Shown here: positions 10,101 through 17,426 of the stretch, one piece after another
Position numbering within the stretch: the first letter of the stretch is position 1
How the letters are laid out: every line of letters starts with the position of its first letter
Origin: a virus
Lineage: Duplodnaviria; Caudoviricetes
Virus record (IMG/VR): IMGVR_UViG_3300027861_000023
Span: 1 to 63,275 of that record
Length of the DNA: 63,275 nucleotides
Strand: one strand, 5' to 3'
Program-made: the position numbers and the translations under genes
The notes under the pieces: generated by a model
Databases searched by the model: none
Seen by the model: only the letters and a program-made list of their open reading frames with translations
Told to the model about the DNA's origin: nothing

Positions 10101-11336
10101 CAAGCTGGAAAAACTGGATGGAGTGGAATATCAAGTGATATGAGAGAAATAATGGATAACTCTGTTGTTTTACAAGACAGATATGGCGCTCCTATTACTA
10201 GGGTTTTAGAAACTTATCAAGATGAAGGCTTTAAAAAGTTAGATGGACAGAACGATGCGATTAACAAGTATTTTAATAAGGAAAATCAAAACACTTTAGT
10301 AAAAGCTTTAATGGCATTCACTATGGCTGGTGATAAGGGTGCTATTATGCTGGGTGGTATGCCTAACTACAGATACTACAAAGAGCAGTTTAAAAAACAA
10401 AACCCTAATGCCACTAATCAAGAGGCTATTGACTATGCTATTGTAAAATTTGAGGCTGACACATTAAGAACTCAGCAGTCCTACGACCTACAAGACAAAG
10501 ATTACTGGCAAACGAGTAATGCTTTTGCTAGAGCATTTAATATGTTCTTAACCACACCAAAACAGTATTTAAGAAGAGAGATTATAGCTGCTAGAAATTT
10601 TAGCAGGATTGTTCGTAGTGGTGGTAAACAAGGTAAGGGTACTGTTTGGCAAAACGCAAGAACTTTATTTGTGTATCACTCAATAATGCCAATGTTTTTT
10701 CAGTATGTAAGTATGGGACTTCCAGGATTATTTAGAGACAGAAGGGATGAAGACCTTCAGGAGTTGGGTATTGCAGCTTTGTTAGGAAACATAAATGCTC
10801 TGTTTATTATAGGAGATTTAGTTGAGATGTCTGTAGATCAAGCTACTGGTAAACCATGGGGTTCACAAGCTCCAAGTATACCTGTTTTTGAACAAGCTGC
10901 AAGGCTTAATGTTTTAAAAGACAGAGCTGACAAGACTAAAAATCCAATTAAAAAAGCTGAGTATGAAATGAAATACTACTTAGAACTTAGCACTATGGTA
11001 GGAATTCCAGCGCCACAGTTAGTGAGAATGGGGAAAAATTTTACAGAATTGGCTACAGGCGATGTAGATGGATTTGGAGATGCGTTAATGAAAGCATTTA
11101 ACTTCTCAGAATTTGCTCAAGAAGGAAGGAAGGTTAGAGAGGCTAAACCTAAACCAGCAACAATGACTATGGCAGAAATGAAAAAATATCTTCCTGAAGA
11201 GTATGCAGAAATTATGCGAGAGAAAGAAGAGTATGAGTATGAGAACGCAGACGAGATTGAAGAACTGGAATTAGAAAAAGATGAGGCACGAAGAGAGTAT
11301 GATGAGGCAATGCGAGAAATGTACTTAGATAATTAG
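1101..11336 (+). CDS. Giant (3411 aa) virion cargo/ejection protein, large polyvalent-protein type with a zincin-like metallopeptidase domain
   Basis: Last gene of the structural arm. GYFDPTTKTIHIN...GHEVTH (HExxH at 5871-5885) is followed by EEAASE. It has acidic/Lys-rich linkers and a helical C-terminal region typical of podovirus internal proteins. Confidence 0.75.
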   Translation: MDKVEKLYQLYLKEGMISEAISLERFRNITPDQQASILEVSRKRKLISPETSLESFQSIWGNTMPQEQQVIKAPEVVENNSFSGNSDIQASSGAFPKVDKEAMNSDLIKEETSETVTEGVEYDAREDESSVFRENIIIDKNATPLERSLAFVNDDLFKRDEGPVVELLDYHFPFEEYGFKFEESGILDNVTVTAPDGVTKETFGIDSGGKLFSSFQDNSEESRKLRDFIRNNADQEKRDEEITKKYFSVEAMNFDIDFFTKQNKQLTKNATDYFERKKINEAELTRMRNSPGTFTQQEYDLQIMEKNYLRNQENVLKDQYEQFQETAGQLDLTTGNYVLMKEKQGEVVTTAIGGAYNKFLEGTSSIISTGIGSGLDIYYEAAQAAYGNDYGYTEEEYRDEFIRVYEGYKGLEVPESAKESKEGFEKWTATLKDSDVDRVKASATTASKRDGVRINYDAEGQVIGESTHKMRAETDGNGNWFAFPTLFQNEDGSWDDTYEKQIEKSERNWKGAYEEAKKRGELVSFGSDEEAALAYADGSWKENYGAKQTATLASAQPTGDLEGNMFTGQYKVVKNDPRLQNLNFDQYDIAKGVKIPFESTSMIGQPLLQWNSPEVWSKEEDDWVKAPGSFGESNVFDQVDALVGDQKIKGKKNAVKEISRNLLVETIGADNVSNQRIEAQMNQGGAAGIFATGYYGAFESVPALLPMIYGAVKNRKLVKPKGPAGKSLKAIKGRLIQSLKNYATDGYRQTSLLAMAALHSDKLNEQMENNPEFEWVTENEKKALILPLATTSAILETLGFRMLLKGTSGTKILTGITTAALRQLPKGATPAMFRRAVVNIMDNQFTRRVGKTGVAKFINRATPGVLAEAETGFFQEYTDIEGKNIYNAFKGKELFKNPERWSEEYWTQIGKAAGAEAVGGFVLGAPSSITAAFTSKQKITEVNEEMITLFDKIFVNKNNSQDDAATAIKAYEASVQQKMDEGLISRSQGADMLNDFRTLQAAATDANIATDLNEKQKAKAIELFFQKRQLEVKMSQTNKNLPEYQEQQEMLEQIEYSISLLGKNQADQQSQREIEEQGIETYVEVTEEEVMEALKQDGIEAPTEQQKIDKSDELKKTKQNGLQEQSTEGVVQEESAEGGGEVGQTVPSNEQSTNESTEETETNIEETAEEEVSPEEKIDYKQQEVEERKNLSALQQKGRDLKILGKKLSKIYGNLITGKTQGDLQDKYEAASVLKENDKKISENEKAIDNSKRNIQKIKAEAKEKAKADKKAKRKKIEVKPEKGLSVTKKIEQRLKTISNLIGQKKILNRLKIFEKSPLPQNYFNLGKTEVELVDGTTVKVKDIMDMSFKEFTNFVDGLNKSKPKVEENYEKSLKGLSLKALKGLKNSVISSINKGEKEVRELGKKFLPNYKGKLTKQDNDNYTAASNKIFNLKNKLDLINKAISKIESEPKAEPKAEPKVEPKAEPKVEPKVEEEVAEDEEVDQQTKDDLDEFFEGQSTEQTKSEPSISLNRSKGELRLSKTDPVKIIKAVKKAAKAMIKTFPSVKFVLHDSTELFSKATKGRRGRGYFDPTTKTIHINMETASVISVGHEVTHAIANHLISTDAKAEVVFDKVLSSLQRILKGTNPELLEKVEKFSKRYSDKTLRSEEAASELMGILSENWSKLSRPKKNKIIDLLDRFFKKLRIPSPFKNNLNKTDEAVLEFFNTVSKKIREGESIAIEDVSILSELATEVEAEGTNPIGNPTEINPPRAGRESKIDFKDSYDMSLVTPKNKINLSSLIENIISNDQKVWFWVADQLGLGDGMDAGPSFALQPENIKKKAIWASGLDNKKLERNISAADFIFIISGSPETSKLFNKKVFDKYTDILGDYNSFKKKALETNPVKAIRETLQEFDSWAAMRKSPKRKTFLIAVNVQSTKPNTKFHKLVNTLGGFVDLQSLRDGFYRENNFVQNDIMLVLKPTGIGEKSNHSTYSTDILGEVVGVPDIKLNAEEIMPQEIKDKIKGKNVAEKTSSIAPYGGAVGTAVKNITKPSRKGREQLPTLQEVESRITNRARFMKVVEDYGMKKEGYMSYKSDLGPLQRAVREYGFRIETRYITEGKRRGTPTGYFLTTGRNAEGFPVMYNPKLRELKTLEDQKPKRKGREQMLDKESEAIKIVMLGREEGGFTDSEIKYYLKKRGFNAKDIKIALAIDPELFPSFPKSFGNVIGGFKNGVKLLAKINKFHKKVIEDNNNKKKYKQESLNKLVNKTIEYMYTTPEYKALGVKGSRMTSKQQALEVDLLDYLSPGIKTFNGARVRALNKQIRNTKFSEKNLKRIQRSLRLYIRTVMPRNLLGKAAYIKLIDKINAVDETNYDAVVAEITDIATELANKNLNKSILDILNETFTEIQSGRLKGVKVSQEVKDRIYKIAQNTIGYVPGKKGSQGKIPNKDTAKNWDITNEDMVAHSEMLRQKIRSLETETVIINGEKVLVNKNFTTKEAREISDLAVALQYSEALVSFANNDPLQTNALEQVLFNLQQLQEFGISGLQLQLLRNATAYMNNAINILQDMGVIINPLKELEAEGKENITQDDVLKKFKELKEKIRIDAERGRVKKVGVRKRLSLQVSQIAKYVNTKLGTAEDLTGLMDRISLSTGDLFGGITQEIVTKEVRKASRIFKGRMLKHELEFGIKMTELFGKKWLKKNRQNNRQTDQIIISEAKQIVLENERDRILKDKKMSSGEQQVLIQAIDKEINSNVKMISQNELLYFRNQGLDPSLNASFEATFKPTPLTGDLAYLNKEFDNKNEYTSRIQEEITKKIDPKLIELGDWMVRDFYPKQYEHYNNTYKEIYRTDMPWNQNYAGRLYRASETDIVGLDLLDMQGNQTWISNANAASTKSRQESNSAIMQTNAVDALLNYTRDMEYFAAYAIPVRNINKMFSDKAVKSVISEKFGKDINRYINDQITKIANKGAKHQKDAGLINFFNNTFLLSRLGLNPTLVLKQMTSFVTYGNDIGYNNWLAQAGKTGWSGISSDMREIMDNSVVLQDRYGAPITRVLETYQDEGFKKLDGQNDAINKYFNKENQNTLVKALMAFTMAGDKGAIMLGGMPNYRYYKEQFKKQNPNATNQEAIDYAIVKFEADTLRTQQSYDLQDKDYWQTSNAFARAFNMFLTTPKQYLRREIIAARNFSRIVRSGGKQGKGTVWQNARTLFVYHSIMPMFFQYVSMGLPGLFRDRRDEDLQELGIAALLGNINALFIIGDLVEMSVDQATGKPWGSQAPSIPVFEQAARLNVLKDRADKTKNPIKKAEYEMKYYLELSTMVGIPAPQLVRMGKNFTELATGDVDGFGDALMKAFNFSEFAQEGRKVREAKPKPATMTMAEMKKYLPEEYAEIMREKEEYEYENADEIEELELEKDEARREYDEAMREMYLDN
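4459..4617 (+). CDS. Nested 52-aa basic protein in the +1 frame of the giant gene (MAYKSKAQREWFRKNLPKVAERWDKLYPVTSNLPTRVQKKPKPILKRQPKRK)
   Basis: ATG 4459 follows the A-rich leader AAAAAAACAAAACAAA; TAA at 4615-4617. Resembles, from memory, small phage proteins of pattern MPFKSKAQRRW..N.P..A.RW. Local GC and codon usage shift in the host frame. Confidence 0.65.
   Translation: MAYKSKAQREWFRKNLPKVAERWDKLYPVTSNLPTRVQKKPKPILKRQPKRK
5448..5522 (+). repeat. 12-bp coding tandem repeat (EPKA/EPKV x6), linker in the giant protein
   Basis: GAGCCTAAAG(C/T)A units read directly. Confidence 0.95.
7203..7538 (+). repeat. 18-bp direct repeat AGAAAAGGTAGAGAGCAA (RKGREQ) at 7203-7220 and 7521-7538
   Basis: Identical in-frame copies 318 bp apart. 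A degenerate third copy (RAGRES) lies near 6354. Confidence 0.9.
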
Positions 11337-11381
11337 ATTATAATAATTGTTGTAGCTTTTTAATTTTAAGAATAACAGAAG

Positions 11382-11419
11382 AATACTGAGGAGTTTTTTT
11401 TAACCTCAGTATTTCTTTT
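11382..11419. terminator. Probable bidirectional intrinsic terminator between the convergent arms
   Basis: AATACTGAGG...CCTCAGTATT stem followed by TCTTTT. Confidence 0.7.
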
Positions 11420-11440
11420 ATTATATCTTTTGGGGATTTT

Positions 11441-11635
11441 TTAGATTTCATCAGACATAGATTTTATTAAATCATGCATCACTGAGCTTATCTTTTTTGC
11501 AGTCACTTTAGCATTTTCATGATCCCGATCCATTAAATCTTCGTAGAGATCATCTGTCAGGTTGTGAATTTCATTTGTAATATGGTTTATGTGGCTTATA
11601 GCGACCACATCTTCATTTGAAATCGGATTAGGCAT
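11441..11635 (-). CDS. Hypothetical helical protein
   Basis: ORF; the start MPNPIS at 11635 is more likely than the track's start. Confidence 0.6.
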   Translation of the reverse strand: MPNPISNEDVVAISHINHITNEIHNLTDDLYEDLMDRDHENAKVTAKKISSVMHDLIKSMSDEI

Positions 11636-11676
11636 TTTAAAATTTATAATAACATCTGTAATATACAAATAAAAAA

Positions 11677-11982
11677 TTATTCAGATATATTTTCTTTCCT
11701 TTTTAATTTAGCTTTCAATAAAATCATGTCGTATTTTAGTTTTTTAGTTAAGTTTTTTTCAAATTCTAATTGTTTTTCTAGCTCTCTAACTACTGAGTTA
11801 ATGTATTTAATTGTTTTTTTTGTTTTGCTTTTGTCATTAAATTGATTAATAAGTCCAATAGAGCTTAAAAACATATGTTTCATTCTTGTTATTTCTTTTA
11901 CCTCTTTTTCTGGAGGATTTGAATCTAGAACTTGATCAATTCCATTAAGGTATTCTTTTAGTATTTTTTGTGGTGTATTCAT
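11677..11982 (-). CDS. Hypothetical protein
   Basis: ORF coupled to the upstream gene (4-bp overlap). Confidence 0.6.
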   Translation of the reverse strand: MNTPQKILKEYLNGIDQVLDSNPPEKEVKEITRMKHMFLSSIGLINQFNDKSKTKKTIKYINSVVRELEKQLEFEKNLTKKLKYDMILLKAKLKRKENISE

Positions 11983-12218
11983 CCTTTATATATTTCTGTT
12001 TTTAAGCCATGTTTTTCTAGCTCTTTGATTCTGTATTTCTGAAGCTCTGATACTATACCAGTGGGTTTTTTTATTTCTGAGAATAAAACATTACATCCAT
12101 GAGGTATAGCGATGAGGTCAGGGATTCCGTTTTTGTTTGTTTTAATCAACTTAATAACATAGTAACCTTCAGCTTCTAACTGATCTATTCGTTTTTTCTG
12201 AATTTGTTGTTCGGTCAT
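11979..12218 (-). CDS. VRR-NUC family PD-(D/E)XK nuclease / junction resolvase
   Basis: GIPDL...FSEIKKP.G..SELQ motif; near the SF2 helicase, as is typical for phage VRR-NUC genes. Confidence 0.85.
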   Translation of the reverse strand: MTEQQIQKKRIDQLEAEGYYVIKLIKTNKNGIPDLIAIPHGCNVLFSEIKKPTGIVSELQKYRIKELEKHGLKTEIYKG

Positions 12219-12331
12219 TAATGTTCTGATTCAGGCTTTCCACAATTTATACACCATCTTGCCTCACCAACGTGATTGTCATAAGTATAAAACATTTCGC
12301 ACTTAACAGTTTCTTTTTCTTGATCTTTCAT
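12218..12331 (-). CDS. 37-aa protein with a putative zinc knuckle (MKDQEKETVKCEMFYTYDNHVGEARWCINCGKPESEH)
   Basis: Translated by hand. Fills the helicase/VRR-NUC gap with a TAATG overlap and has a C..CxxC..H pattern. Confidence 0.6.
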   Translation of the reverse strand: MKDQEKETVKCEMFYTYDNHVGEARWCINCGKPESEH

Positions 12332-12336
12332 TATTT

Positions 12337-13569
12337 TTAATTTAAAGTTAATAAATCTCTTTTAAAATGTCGCAGTGTATAATCTTTTTTCTTTGTAACT
12401 GCTTTGTATATGTCAGCTTCAATTCCTCCACGAGAAAAAACCCAGTACACATCGTTTTTTAGTCTTTCTTTAGTTGTCATCCTATCTCGTGATTGCCAGT
12501 AACTTGTGGCACTAAAATCTATGTTGTAATACACTAAAATTTCAGCCTCTTTTAAACTTATACCTTCCCTTCCACTTACAATCTGAAGAGCAATACTTTT
12601 ATCTGTATTTTTAAAAGTTTCTAAATCCGTACACAAATCATCGCCATAAATTTTCTTTAAAGCATTAAGCTCTTCTTTGAATTTGTAGAAAATACCAATC
12701 TTTATATCTATAAAATTATCATGTATAAATTGCGCCTTGCTGTAGTCAATAACCATAGAATTACCAGACTCAAATTTTATAGTTCCAGAGTATAGCTGAT
12801 GAAGTTTCATCATTAATTTAACTGGAGTATCTGCTAAAACAACATCTTCTTTGCCTTCAATGACTAAATCTTTCTTTAATTTCGATGCTAACTTGTATGT
12901 AATGGGTAACATATCTACTTCAATAACGTGTTCAGTGGTCTGTACCTTAAATCCAGCTTCTTTTTGTGTATAAGCCAACGTATGGGGATTCATTTCCGAA
13001 ATAATAGTGTCTAATCCACGACTATAGTCATTTATCATGAAACTATTTATCTTTCGTTGTTTAATGTCTACATATTTTTTAGCAAACTTATAGAATGTTT
13101 TAAACTCATCGAATGGATGTTTACGCATTACAGAAACCTGATGATACATTTGAGAGTAAGATTCTGGTGTTGGTGTTCCAGACAAAAATATAACGTATGG
13201 ATTGTTTTCTAGGATCAAAGAACGCACTTGTTTAGATCTCTTGTTTCTTTTTGGAAAAGCTCCCATCCCATGAGCCTCGTCACAGACTACCATGTCCCAA
13301 CCAGTTTGTGGAATTTTATGTAATGACTCGTAGTTTATTACGGTAATATTATAAGAAGGGTTTAAAAGATTATAGTCATTTTCTATACTACTAATAGCTT
13401 TTTTCTTTGTAATAAACAAAAGGTTAGAGACTGGTAAAAGCGCACTTACACCCAAGCTCGTGAGAGTTTTACCAGTTCTTACCTCCATGGCAAGATAAAC
13501 AAATTTATCTTTTTCTAAAAGAGGTTTTGCTTTATTGATAATCTCTAATTGATAATCTCTAAACTCCAT
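12337..13569 (-). CDS. SF2 (SNF2-like, DEAH) helicase
   Basis: MEVRTGKT (Walker A), CDEAH, LSGTP, SGREGISL and QSRDR motifs. Confidence 0.9.
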   Translation of the reverse strand: MEFRDYQLEIINKAKPLLEKDKFVYLAMEVRTGKTLTSLGVSALLPVSNLLFITKKKAISSIENDYNLLNPSYNITVINYESLHKIPQTGWDMVVCDEAHGMGAFPKRNKRSKQVRSLILENNPYVIFLSGTPTPESYSQMYHQVSVMRKHPFDEFKTFYKFAKKYVDIKQRKINSFMINDYSRGLDTIISEMNPHTLAYTQKEAGFKVQTTEHVIEVDMLPITYKLASKLKKDLVIEGKEDVVLADTPVKLMMKLHQLYSGTIKFESGNSMVIDYSKAQFIHDNFIDIKIGIFYKFKEELNALKKIYGDDLCTDLETFKNTDKSIALQIVSGREGISLKEAEILVYYNIDFSATSYWQSRDRMTTKERLKNDVYWVFSRGGIEADIYKAVTKKKDYTLRHFKRDLLTLN

Positions 13570-13619
13570 ATTTATTTATTTTTCGCTTTTAGGGAATCCC
13601 TAACTATTCCCTAAATAAG

Positions 13620-13684
13620 TTACGTTAATTACGTTAGTTACGTTAATTACGTTAGTTACGTTAGGAATAACCTTATTAACGTAA
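13620..13684. repeat. Non-coding 9-bp tandem array TTACGTTA(A/G) x5 plus one inverted copy (13676-13684)
   Basis: Read directly; lies between the primase-helicase and SF2 helicase genes. Confidence 0.95.
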
Positions 13685-13696
13685 GTTGGTAATTTT

Positions 13697-16117
13697 TTAA
13701 AAATCCATGTCTAGTTCTCCATTAGTCTCAAGTTCGTGCTTACTTCTAAAACGAATCCATTGTCCTGGAGCATCTCTATCTATTTCGGGTTTACACTCAT
13801 ACTTGTATTTAGAGTATGCTTTTAAAAATTTACCAAACCTAATTAGTGATACTGATTTTTTCCCATAGCCAAGCGTTTCTCCGTTTGCCTCTAGAAAATC
13901 TATATATAAATTATTTATATAAAGTTTTCTTCCCTTGACCAGTAGTGTATTCACAATCTTGTCTCCAGTAATTCCACACCAGTAAGTAAAATCGGTGTTT
14001 GTGCTTACTATTAATGCTTTTAACTTCTTGTTCTTGAAGTCAGCCTTGACCAATCCATCTTTCATATACATCTGTAAACACTCAATCATATAATTATCAA
14101 AAGCGCACCACTCATCATCATCCCACTCTCCAAACATTAATCTTTTAAAATCTTTTAAAGGAGTCATTCCGTTTGTGTAATGTTGTGATAATTCTAATTC
14201 CCATTTTCTTCTCTCAAAAGAAGAACCTTCTCCGATAATAGCATAGTTTGTAGTGATTGCTACTTTGGGAGATTTGCCAAATGGAATTTTTATAGCATCC
14301 TTGTTTTTTTTCTCTAAAGTTAAACCTTCAGTAACTAAAGAGAATAACCTCTCAAAATCAAAGTATTTTTTCACATCATCAAAGCATAATATTTGAGTAT
14401 CTGCTGAAACTAACTGGTAAGCAAAACTTTTTTCAAAATTAAAAGACTTACCATCAATCACAACTAATTTTTTCATATGAGACAATGCATTCATAAATAA
14501 TCCCTTACCTGTACCACCTTCAGGGTTATCTGATATAACCTCATCGTTTAGTATTATAGCTGGAGAGTATGAAAGATTTTTCCATGCGTGAAGTAAATAA
14601 CCAATTGTACTGCGAAACGATGTTACTATTAATTCATCTTTGTTACTGATATTAAAAATGAATTTTTGGTAATCACAAGTAGCGCTATCACATAACTGAA
14701 AATTCCTATCAATAACATGGTCTTTCCATACATACCCACCAAGATCTAAATAATCTATTATTTTTAAGTCTCCATGCTTAACTTGCACTGCTCCGTTTTT
14801 ATAGTACAAATAAGCATTGTCCTTGTCATCTTCTATAAAATGAACATCAATAGATGATAGAAGAGTTAGGAATTCCTCTCTGAAAAATCTTGTACTTTCT
14901 GCAAAGTAATTGTAAATGCTATAATCATCAAGATCAATTAAGTATCTCAATACGAAATCTTTTATTTCTTTATCCGATGTGTGGTCAATTAAGTTGTCTG
15001 TAACTTTTACGAAGACAAAGTTTTTACTGCCAGTAGGATTAAACTTGTAGAATCCATTATCCTCAAGATACTCTTTAAAAAATATTGGTATGATTTTAAT
15101 CACACCTTTGTCATTCTTTGTCCAAAACTGATAGGTTTTGTTTTCCTCATCAAGCCTTGTTATTACTTTTTCAATAGTAGCGCCATCAACATCATCATCT
15201 TCCATTTCAATCCTAATGTCTTTTTTATGGACACCACGTTTTAATTTCATCTTAATATTGTTGACCTTATCTTCGTCTTCGTAATACTTTGTAGCAAAGT
15301 TTTCTGTTTTTGCGTAAGCGCTTTTTATTGTTTTTCTGATTTCATTTTCAGTGAAATTTGAACTCTGATAATTAGTTAAAAATATATGCTCTGCAAGTGA
15401 GCGATTAATACCATAGTCATTAAAAGCCGCGGCTAATATATAGGTATGATTGTTCCTATTACCTTCTACCCAAGGATATTTTTTAGACCACCACTTTATT
15501 AGTATCTCTGTTACTTTTGTCTCGTCTGTTACTGGAATGGTAGCTAAGTCTGTATTTCTTACAACCTCAACGTAAACTTGCTCTTCTATTTTATCCCATA
15601 AACTAGACAAAGGATTTATATGTATCAAAGGATCATAAGACTCGTAGCATACACGAGATACATTTTTGCATGATTTGTCAAAGTTTTCGCTATTAAAATG
15701 ATTTTGAAGACTCAAAAAATAGCTTTTGTGGTTTTCTACAATAGAAGGTATTTTAATTAATACTTTTAATCCATTACCACTGGGAGAAACAAATACAGAG
15801 AAAACGTATTTGTCCTTACATAACCTTTGCTTTTCTTCTAGCATAAGTTTGTTTGATTTGTATTCGTCAAAATCTAAACAAATAATACCACTATGTTTTA
15901 TAATTGCATTATCTGACCTTCTACTAAATGTTCCACTGAAACAAACTGCTGGTAGTTTTGACTTTAGTATTTTTCTTTCGTCTTTATTTTTTTCAGACCT
16001 AATCTTTTTTACTAAATCTTTTGATGCTCCATCTTTTATTCTATTTAATATTAGATTTACATCTCTGTAGAAAGGTTGATTAGTCTGCTTTATGTCTTTA
16101 AATATTGTTATGTCCAT
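13697..16117 (-). CDS. Primase-helicase (BT4734/VirE-N-like N-terminus, PriCT-like middle, SF3-type helicase C-terminus)
   Basis: LPAVCFSG, ICLDFD, SPSGNGLK, GNRNN, GGTGKG (Walker A), LCFDD (Walker B) and ITTN motifs. Confidence 0.85.
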   Translation of the reverse strand: MDITIFKDIKQTNQPFYRDVNLILNRIKDGASKDLVKKIRSEKNKDERKILKSKLPAVCFSGTFSRRSDNAIIKHSGIICLDFDEYKSNKLMLEEKQRLCKDKYVFSVFVSPSGNGLKVLIKIPSIVENHKSYFLSLQNHFNSENFDKSCKNVSRVCYESYDPLIHINPLSSLWDKIEEQVYVEVVRNTDLATIPVTDETKVTEILIKWWSKKYPWVEGNRNNHTYILAAAFNDYGINRSLAEHIFLTNYQSSNFTENEIRKTIKSAYAKTENFATKYYEDEDKVNNIKMKLKRGVHKKDIRIEMEDDDVDGATIEKVITRLDEENKTYQFWTKNDKGVIKIIPIFFKEYLEDNGFYKFNPTGSKNFVFVKVTDNLIDHTSDKEIKDFVLRYLIDLDDYSIYNYFAESTRFFREEFLTLLSSIDVHFIEDDKDNAYLYYKNGAVQVKHGDLKIIDYLDLGGYVWKDHVIDRNFQLCDSATCDYQKFIFNISNKDELIVTSFRSTIGYLLHAWKNLSYSPAIILNDEVISDNPEGGTGKGLFMNALSHMKKLVVIDGKSFNFEKSFAYQLVSADTQILCFDDVKKYFDFERLFSLVTEGLTLEKKNKDAIKIPFGKSPKVAITTNYAIIGEGSSFERRKWELELSQHYTNGMTPLKDFKRLMFGEWDDDEWCAFDNYMIECLQMYMKDGLVKADFKNKKLKALIVSTNTDFTYWCGITGDKIVNTLLVKGRKLYINNLYIDFLEANGETLGYGKKSVSLIRFGKFLKAYSKYKYECKPEIDRDAPGQWIRFRSKHELETNGELDMDF

Positions 16118-16173
16118 TCTATTAAAATATGTGTTTATTTTGTGCTTGTTTTATTTTCCTTAAACATCTATAG

Positions 16174-16300
16174 AATAACTACTTAACTTTGTTAATGTTT
16201 ATAATGCTCATTTTAAGTCAGAATATTGTAGTTGATAAATAGTTTATTTCCCTTTTGTATACATTTCTAAAAGTGCTGAAATTCTAAGCATTTTCAACAC
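16174..16300. other. Origin-like intergenic element A (paired ATGYT motifs, AT-rich spacer, paired ARCA motifs)
   Basis: Shares ordered motifs with 26287-26423 and lies directly upstream of the primase-helicase. Function is inferred. Confidence 0.45.
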
Positions 16301-16311
16301 AGTCAATAGGT

Positions 16312-16342
16312 AAAAAAAGGAGGAATTTTACATCCTCCTCTC
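16312..16342 (-). terminator. Intrinsic terminator after the SSB gene
   Basis: Minus strand AGGAGGA-TGTAAAAT-TCCTCCT followed by a T run. Confidence 0.75.
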
Positions 16343-16364
16343 TTAAACCTATAATAATTAGGTG

Positions 16365-16664
16365 TTAAAAATCTTCTTTCTCTACCGATTCAATAACATC
16401 TACCTTCCATCCTTGAATACTATTAAAGTATTTAACGACACCTTCTGGACTTACCCACTCTCTACCTCTTAAATTAATAGATACCTTCACTAAATCCCCT
16501 ACAGATAGTTTTGCTAAAAAATCTGTATTGTCTCCAGTAAACTCTATGTTTATTGGTTGTGGATACTCACCCTCTGTTTCAACTATAAGTTCTGCTTTTA
16601 CAAAACCTTTTGTTCCAAATGATTGATTTTTTCCAATCAACTTTACTTTTCCTTGTACTTCCAT
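16365..16664 (-). CDS. DUF3127-family single-stranded DNA-binding (OB-fold) protein
   Basis: YPQPINIEF, GDLVKVSINLRGREW and YFNSIQGWK motifs with an acidic ...EDF tail; family typical of Bacteroidota and their phages. Confidence 0.85.
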   Translation of the reverse strand: MEVQGKVKLIGKNQSFGTKGFVKAELIVETEGEYPQPINIEFTGDNTDFLAKLSVGDLVKVSINLRGREWVSPEGVVKYFNSIQGWKVDVIESVEKEDF

Positions 16665-16688
16665 CTTTGTTATTTATTTATTAATTAA

Positions 16689-17426
16689 TTATAAAGTTTG
16701 TCTGTGTATGTAATTTGATATGTCTTCGGTAGCTTGGTCACTAAAAAACTTATGGAATATTTCCATAGCTTCTTCTACCTTTCGCTGACCAGACTCTATA
16801 AAATCAGCAGAACACTCAAAAATCCCTAGCTTACCATTGCTTTTGTCTATTACGAAAAAAACCATTTGCTTACCAAAAAGTCTTTGGTATATATAAGCCT
16901 GGCTATCGTAGTTGTAAGTTTTAGCACTGTACATAAATTTGTCCATGTCTGAACTTGTCTTTATGTCTATTATAACATCACTCTCGTGGTTTATGATGTC
17001 TGCCTTTCCCTTCCAGTCTAATCCCATTATCTGCCCCACTGCTGGTACTTCAAACTCATTACCAGTTGCATATATATAATCGCACATTTCCATATTAGAT
17101 GTCATTATACTGCATAAATAATCTAGGTTTTCCTTCTCTTTAGTTAGGAGCATAATCTCTCCACTTGGACAAGCATCTTTATAAATTTTAGTACCTCTTG
17201 ATGATGCATCTATAATTTTAAAAGATTCTATTTTTTGTGGTTCTAACATTTTTGTATGGAAGTAGCTACCCTCAAGCATGGCTTTTGTTTTCTCTTGAGG
17301 AACTCTAAACTGAGTAGGATTTTTTAGTAGGTTATAAATATCAGAATTTGACATGAATTTCCTTCCAAATTGTCCGTAGTAATCATCGTCATTTTTAAGC
17401 CTTTCCAGGATCTCTTTATTTGCCAT
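16689..17426 (-). CDS. RecE/exonuclease VIII-like PD-(D/E)XK exonuclease
   Basis: SNSDI, GSYFH..MLEP, KGKADII, IIDIKT and YDSQAYIY motifs; adjacent to ERF. Confidence 0.85.
   Translation of the reverse strand: MANKEILERLKNDDDYYGQFGRKFMSNSDIYNLLKNPTQFRVPQEKTKAMLEGSYFHTKMLEPQKIESFKIIDASSRGTKIYKDACPSGEIMLLTKEKENLDYLCSIMTSNMEMCDYIYATGNEFEVPAVGQIMGLDWKGKADIINHESDVIIDIKTSSDMDKFMYSAKTYNYDSQAYIYQRLFGKQMVFFVIDKSNGKLGIFECSADFIESGQRKVEEAMEIFHKFFSDQATEDISNYIHRQTL

Noticed and set aside
13620-13664. CRISPR array (also considered for the 15-bp repeats)
   Set aside because: Units are too short and contiguous, with no spacers and no cas genes.
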